Virus record (IMG/VR): IMGVR_UViG_3300021256_000009
Source of the DNA: an uncultured virus (IMG/VR IMGVR_UViG_3300021256_000009)
Taxonomy: Duplodnaviria > Heunggongvirae > Uroviricota > Caudoviricetes
Direction: 5' to 3' (one strand)
DNA length: 20,000 nt
Positions 16,117-20,000 of this stretch are shown piece by piece. Every line of letters begins with the position of its first letter. The first letter of the stretch is position 1. The position numbers and the translations under genes were made by a program. The notes under the pieces were generated by a model. The model ran no database searches and had not been told where the DNA came from. It saw nothing but the letters and a program-made list of their open reading frames with translations.

Positions 16117-18215
16117 TGGCAATTATAGAAATAAGAGATGTCCTTGACAATGAGACTGGGAACACAATTTTCCCAAGAACTCATGTCGATGCCGTGATCG
16201 GACTGGAGGACTCTTCTTATTTTGAAAAAGTACAGGATGCTGATGATCCGACGAAATTCTCTATTAAGTTAAAGTCGGAGTACACTGGACTTTGGGCTGA
16301 AGGTTGGATTGCCGCTGGTGGCATCGGGTCTGGCGGTGGCGGAGGAGGCGGCGGGCTTATAAGAGAAGTTCTTGGGCTGTCTTCTCTTGGTTCCGTACAA
16401 TCGGAAGACCTTACTAAGACCTTCAGCGCTTATGCCATTGATTCTATCTATAAGCAGGTTCAGGATCTTGAGGACCGGATTGACGGCTCCGGCCTTATCG
16501 GAGGATACCTCAAGACTTCCGACGGGGGATTCTTCTTGACATCCGAGGGGCAGAAGATCCTTTTAAAGGGAAGTGGTGGAATCGGAGCATCGAGCCTTTC
16601 CGACCTCACAGACACATCAATTTACAACCCTCTTGAGGGAGACCTGCTTGTCTGGAGTGGTGCATCCTGGGTCAATGTTAGACAGTCTACCATCAAGCCT
16701 GACCTCAGCGGATATGCTACGACGGAACAGCTGAATGAATTAAACGAAAGGGTAAGGTCGCTGGCCGAGAGCATCCTCTGGGAACTTGATTCCGACAACA
16801 ATGTCACGTTGAAGAGCGGCCATAGCAACGCATGGGTTTCTGGATGGCTTGCTGCCGGAGGAGTCGGTTCCGAGTCCGGAGGAGGTGGTGCTAGTGCATT
16901 ATATGATCTTGTCGATGTCTCTGTTGCCGGAAGAGTAAGGGGGGATATCTTGGTCTATGACGGAACTCATTGGGTCAATACCCCTCAGTCGAGTATCGTA
17001 CCTTCTGCGTCGATCTCTTTCTCTGACCTAACGACACACCCTACAACCCTTGCCGGGTATGGTATCACTGATGCTAAAATCGTAAACGGAACGATTACAC
17101 TCGGCGAAGAGACGATAAAACCGGCACTTGCATCCGATTTATTGGCGGTTTCCAAGCGCGTTGAAAATATCGAGTCCTGGTTTGAGATCGTCACAGTAAA
17201 TGGAGCTCCAGCCTTACACGCGAAAGGCGGAATGGCTATTTACTCAGACTCTTGGATTGCTGCAGGCGGCGTCGGAGAAGAAGGCCAAGGCGGCTCTATT
17301 GTATCCATCAGAAACCTACTTTCCTCCGGAACCAGAGTGGCGACTCTTACGATCGACGGAGAGAACTACGACATTTTGGCCCCTTCTGGTGGGAGTGGTG
17401 GATCTACGGTTTCTTGGGGAACACAATCGGGGAATACCATCCCCCTCTCGGTTGACGGCACTTCAAAGACGCTTCTTTTGAGTGGTGCGCTCTCCGGTTA
17501 TGCTACGCAAAACTGGGTGCAGAACCAAGGGTATTTGACTTCGCACCAGTCTCTCGATGGATATGCAACAGAGACTTGGGTGGGGGACAATTATCTTTCA
17601 CTGAGCGGCGGCACTCTCACCGGAGACCTCCGACTGAAACCATCCAACAAAAACTTCGGCTCCACGCTCCGCTTCGGAGACGGAGATTACGCATATATAA
17701 AGGAGAACACCGACGATCACCTCTACTTTTACTCTGGAAAGGGTATGGACTTCGTGGTCGGCAACGGATATGACATCAATCTTAATGGGGTCTCCGTCTC
17801 GGACATCGTGACGCTTTCCACGGCCCAGACCATCACGGGCGCAAAGACCTTCTCCCAAAATCCAGTCACTATCTCATCCGACAGCGGGATCTCCGTCAAT
17901 GCGGCATCCTACATCGACATCGGCGATGCGCGGCTGGAGTACGATAGCGGAGCCAATGCCCTTCACGTAACTAAACGGACCGGAGGGACGGTTAGTCCCG
18001 TCGGGCTCTATGCGGATGGGTTCGTGGCCGCCGGCGGGACTGGCTCCGGAAGCAGCGGCCTTGACGATACGGTCACGCAAAACTCGTCATACCCTGTTAA
18101 ATCCAGCGGCATCTATTCCTTCGTTACCGCCCGCAGATGGGTCGGGACGCAGGCACAGTACGATGCCCTGGGGACATACGACAGTAATGTGGAATACTTG
18201 ATAACCGAAAGCTAA
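16116..18215 (+). CDS. Mosaic tail fibre protein
   Basis: 699 aa, Gly/Ser-rich. It carries typical fibre motifs (IFPRTHVDAVIGL; two LxDLxD...GDxLVxxGxxWVN repeats; PTTLAGYGITDA; YLTSHQSLDGYAT; YLSLSGGTLTGDL; TAQTITGAKTF), four AAGG-polyGly repeats and a terminal WVGTQAQYDAL motif. Confidence 0.85.
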   Translation: MAIIEIRDVLDNETGNTIFPRTHVDAVIGLEDSSYFEKVQDADDPTKFSIKLKSEYTGLWAEGWIAAGGIGSGGGGGGGGLIREVLGLSSLGSVQSEDLTKTFSAYAIDSIYKQVQDLEDRIDGSGLIGGYLKTSDGGFFLTSEGQKILLKGSGGIGASSLSDLTDTSIYNPLEGDLLVWSGASWVNVRQSTIKPDLSGYATTEQLNELNERVRSLAESILWELDSDNNVTLKSGHSNAWVSGWLAAGGVGSESGGGGASALYDLVDVSVAGRVRGDILVYDGTHWVNTPQSSIVPSASISFSDLTTHPTTLAGYGITDAKIVNGTITLGEETIKPALASDLLAVSKRVENIESWFEIVTVNGAPALHAKGGMAIYSDSWIAAGGVGEEGQGGSIVSIRNLLSSGTRVATLTIDGENYDILAPSGGSGGSTVSWGTQSGNTIPLSVDGTSKTLLLSGALSGYATQNWVQNQGYLTSHQSLDGYATETWVGDNYLSLSGGTLTGDLRLKPSNKNFGSTLRFGDGDYAYIKENTDDHLYFYSGKGMDFVVGNGYDINLNGVSVSDIVTLSTAQTITGAKTFSQNPVTISSDSGISVNAASYIDIGDARLEYDSGANALHVTKRTGGTVSPVGLYADGFVAAGGTGSGSSGLDDTVTQNSSYPVKSSGIYSFVTARRWVGTQAQYDALGTYDSNVEYLITES

Positions 18216-18216
18216 G

Positions 18217-19326
18217 ATGCCGATAAAAGTAGGGAATACAGGAATAGTGGGCGTTTATCTTGGGAATACCGAGGTAATCAGAAAGTATGTCGGCTCCGTT
18301 CTGAAATACCAGAAGCAATCGGAGATGACGGTCTTCCCTATCGGTTTCAAATACTCCTCATCCGCCGATGACTACGAGACGACGAATGAGACGAGTACCC
18401 TCGTTGTACTCCTGCAAGCCGGAAGGGATATAGGAACCATTACTGGCACTTATACGGACTCTAACCGTGCGTTTTGGAAATCCCAACCCCTTTATATGGG
18501 GCGTGGGAATTACGTAGCGGTATTTGGGAAGCAGAGGGGATATGGTGGAAGCGGTTCCGCGGGAGTATATGTTATGACGATGTCGTTCTCGGCTCCAAGC
18601 CTTGGAAGTTTCCATACCGCTACCACCACCGTTAATGGCCAGTACGACCACTATGGCGTCCCTCGTGTAAGGACCGCGGCCTCCAAAGCCGGGTTCACCA
18701 CTTTTGATGTTGTTCCAAGGTCGGGGAAAACCATCAATAAGCAAGTCTATGGCCTTGCCCACGATGTGGTTCGCATCAGCGGCAATACGACATATAGATA
18801 CGATGAGCAGTGGAATGAGGTTGTCGCTCGCAGCCTCGCCACTGTTTGCACCACCGACGCGGCGTCCGAAGCATCCGGGACAATGCTATCCGCCTCGATA
18901 TCCGTCCAGAGGAAGCTCTCCGTCCTGGCTATCACCGTCGCGGCAAATTCCGGAGCGTCGGCCAGGCTCGGCGACGTCAAGCTCACCTCGAGCGGTAACC
19001 TCCTCACCCGCCATGTCATCCTGCAAGAGGGCGAGGATATCCGTTTCTGCCGAATCAATGGACAGCTTGTCGAGGGGACGGCCCTTTCCGACTCAAGAAT
19101 GTGGGACTACTCGTATCTCCGTGCGATAGACCTTTCGGCAAGCGGAACTACCTATACCTTCTCCGGAAGGAACCTCCGTTTCTTTGACGGGATAGCAAAC
19201 GACATCGAGGTGACCAACGCTGATGGTGCGGTCATTACTCCGACTACCGAAAGCGCTGCGCATGGTACTTTCGCATATTATAATTGCAATTCTTCCAACT
19301 CAACGATTAATGTAAGAATACTATGA
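18217..19326 (+). CDS. Putative fibre-associated adhesin with a BACON-like/Ig-like segment
   Basis: N-terminal MPIKVGNTGIVGVYLGNTEVIRKYVGSVLKY motif, a Ser/Thr-rich beta body, and ITVAANSGASARLGDVKLT...HVILQEG matching the N..R..Q pattern of BACON domains. Confidence 0.6.
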   Translation: MPIKVGNTGIVGVYLGNTEVIRKYVGSVLKYQKQSEMTVFPIGFKYSSSADDYETTNETSTLVVLLQAGRDIGTITGTYTDSNRAFWKSQPLYMGRGNYVAVFGKQRGYGGSGSAGVYVMTMSFSAPSLGSFHTATTTVNGQYDHYGVPRVRTAASKAGFTTFDVVPRSGKTINKQVYGLAHDVVRISGNTTYRYDEQWNEVVARSLATVCTTDAASEASGTMLSASISVQRKLSVLAITVAANSGASARLGDVKLTSSGNLLTRHVILQEGEDIRFCRINGQLVEGTALSDSRMWDYSYLRAIDLSASGTTYTFSGRNLRFFDGIANDIEVTNADGAVITPTTESAAHGTFAYYNCNSSNSTINVRIL

Positions 19327-20000
19327 CAGAGATAGCAGTCATGTGCGGAGCAACCTGCGCCATCGTAAGGGTCCTCACGACGTCGGCATATTCGTCTGGA
19401 TCGTGGACATTGTACTACAAACGTAGCGCCGACTCCACGTATTCGTCGGTATCTTTGCAGAGGTATAGCAACCTTCACTTCATCAGTTCTTCCTGGTCTG
19501 CGGAGGTTTACGGCCTTTCAGCGCAAACAACCTATCAGTTCTATGTCGTGGCGGGGAGCGAATCAAACCATATCACGGCGACCACATGCGCCCTCGGGAC
19601 GTTCCGGTACTCGCTCGGATTCGCGGAAGGTACTGACTCGACGACCTACTCGTCGCAGTACACTTTCCTAGAAGCTCTCCTCGAAGAGTTTAAGACAAAG
19701 ATGATAGGCATTGGATTCAATATCGACAGCTTCGATTCGTCCTGGACACCTTCGTTCCTGCTTGACGCCTCCGCCAGCAGCAGCTATACTGAAGACGTGA
19801 AAGGGGCTATACACATGAGAACGAGTAACCTCGTTTCCGGGAACGAACCGCGCATACGATTCACAATCGCCCACGAGTTCCGTCACGCCCTCTTTTTGGA
19901 TTATGATATGTTCCTTGACTATGCCAGCGATGCACCGTCGGAGCGTCTCCCACAGACGCAGACCGGGATGGATAACTTCTACAAGATTCTGTCCTTCCAC
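19323..20000 (+). CDS. FN3-like domain + HExxH zincin metallopeptidase-like protein (3' end truncated)
   Basis: Not in the ORF track. It starts at an ATGA overlap with the previous stop and is open to the window end. Translation: MTEIAVMCG...WTLYYKRSADSTYSS...EVYGLSAQTTYQFYVVAGSESNHITATT (FN3 signature)...KGAIHMRTSNL...RIRFTIAHEFRHALF (HExxH at 19872-19886). Confidence 0.8.
   Translation, partial: MTEIAVMCGATCAIVRVLTTSAYSSGSWTLYYKRSADSTYSSVSLQRYSNLHFISSSWSAEVYGLSAQTTYQFYVVAGSESNHITATTCALGTFRYSLGFAEGTDSTTYSSQYTFLEALLEEFKTKMIGIGFNIDSFDSSWTPSFLLDASASSSYTEDVKGAIHMRTSNLVSGNEPRIRFTIAHEFRHALFLDYDMFLDYASDAPSERLPQTQTGMDNFYKILSFH

Noticed and set aside
1417..19326. Stop-codon reassignment, as in some gut phages
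   Set aside because: TAA, TAG and TGA all end genes at tight junctions, and long ORFs are intact under the standard code.
19450..19458. TATCTTTGC promoter-like box inside the last ORF
   Set aside because: It is intragenic, and no evidence beyond the short motif supports it; it may be chance.
16116..20000. DGR target or invertible (shufflon) fibre cassette
   Set aside because: No reverse transcriptase, template/variable repeat pair, recombinase or flanking inverted repeats are visible in this window; such elements outside the window cannot be excluded.
19668..20000. 110-aa minus-strand ORF at the right edge
   Set aside because: It is antisense to the better-supported FN3-zincin ORF and has no recognisable features.

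Overview
The whole window is the virion morphogenesis module of a tailed dsDNA phage or prophage, most likely a long-tailed siphovirus (no sheath gene; 1833-aa tape measure protein). A Bacteroidota host is suggested by TAnnTTTG/-33 TTTG promoters and A-rich, mostly SD-less starts. A large terminase gene, missing from the ORF track because it runs off the left edge, reads leftwards from 1301. Divergently, a tightly packed + strand cluster encodes scaffold, head decoration, major capsid, four head-tail joining/neck proteins, tail tube, a tail assembly chaperone with a -1 frameshift extension, tape measure, a hypothetical protein, Dit-like and tail-tip proteins, and a mosaic tail fibre. It ends with a putative adhesin carrying a BACON-like segment and a final unlisted ORF (19323 to the right edge) that fuses an FN3-like domain to an HExxH zincin motif. 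The most notable observations are this fibre-adhesin-metallopeptidase cassette, the frameshift signal, a pair of isomorphic GYGA hairpins after the tape measure gene, and near-leaderless promoters. All product calls come from motifs and synteny read by eye; no database search was run.
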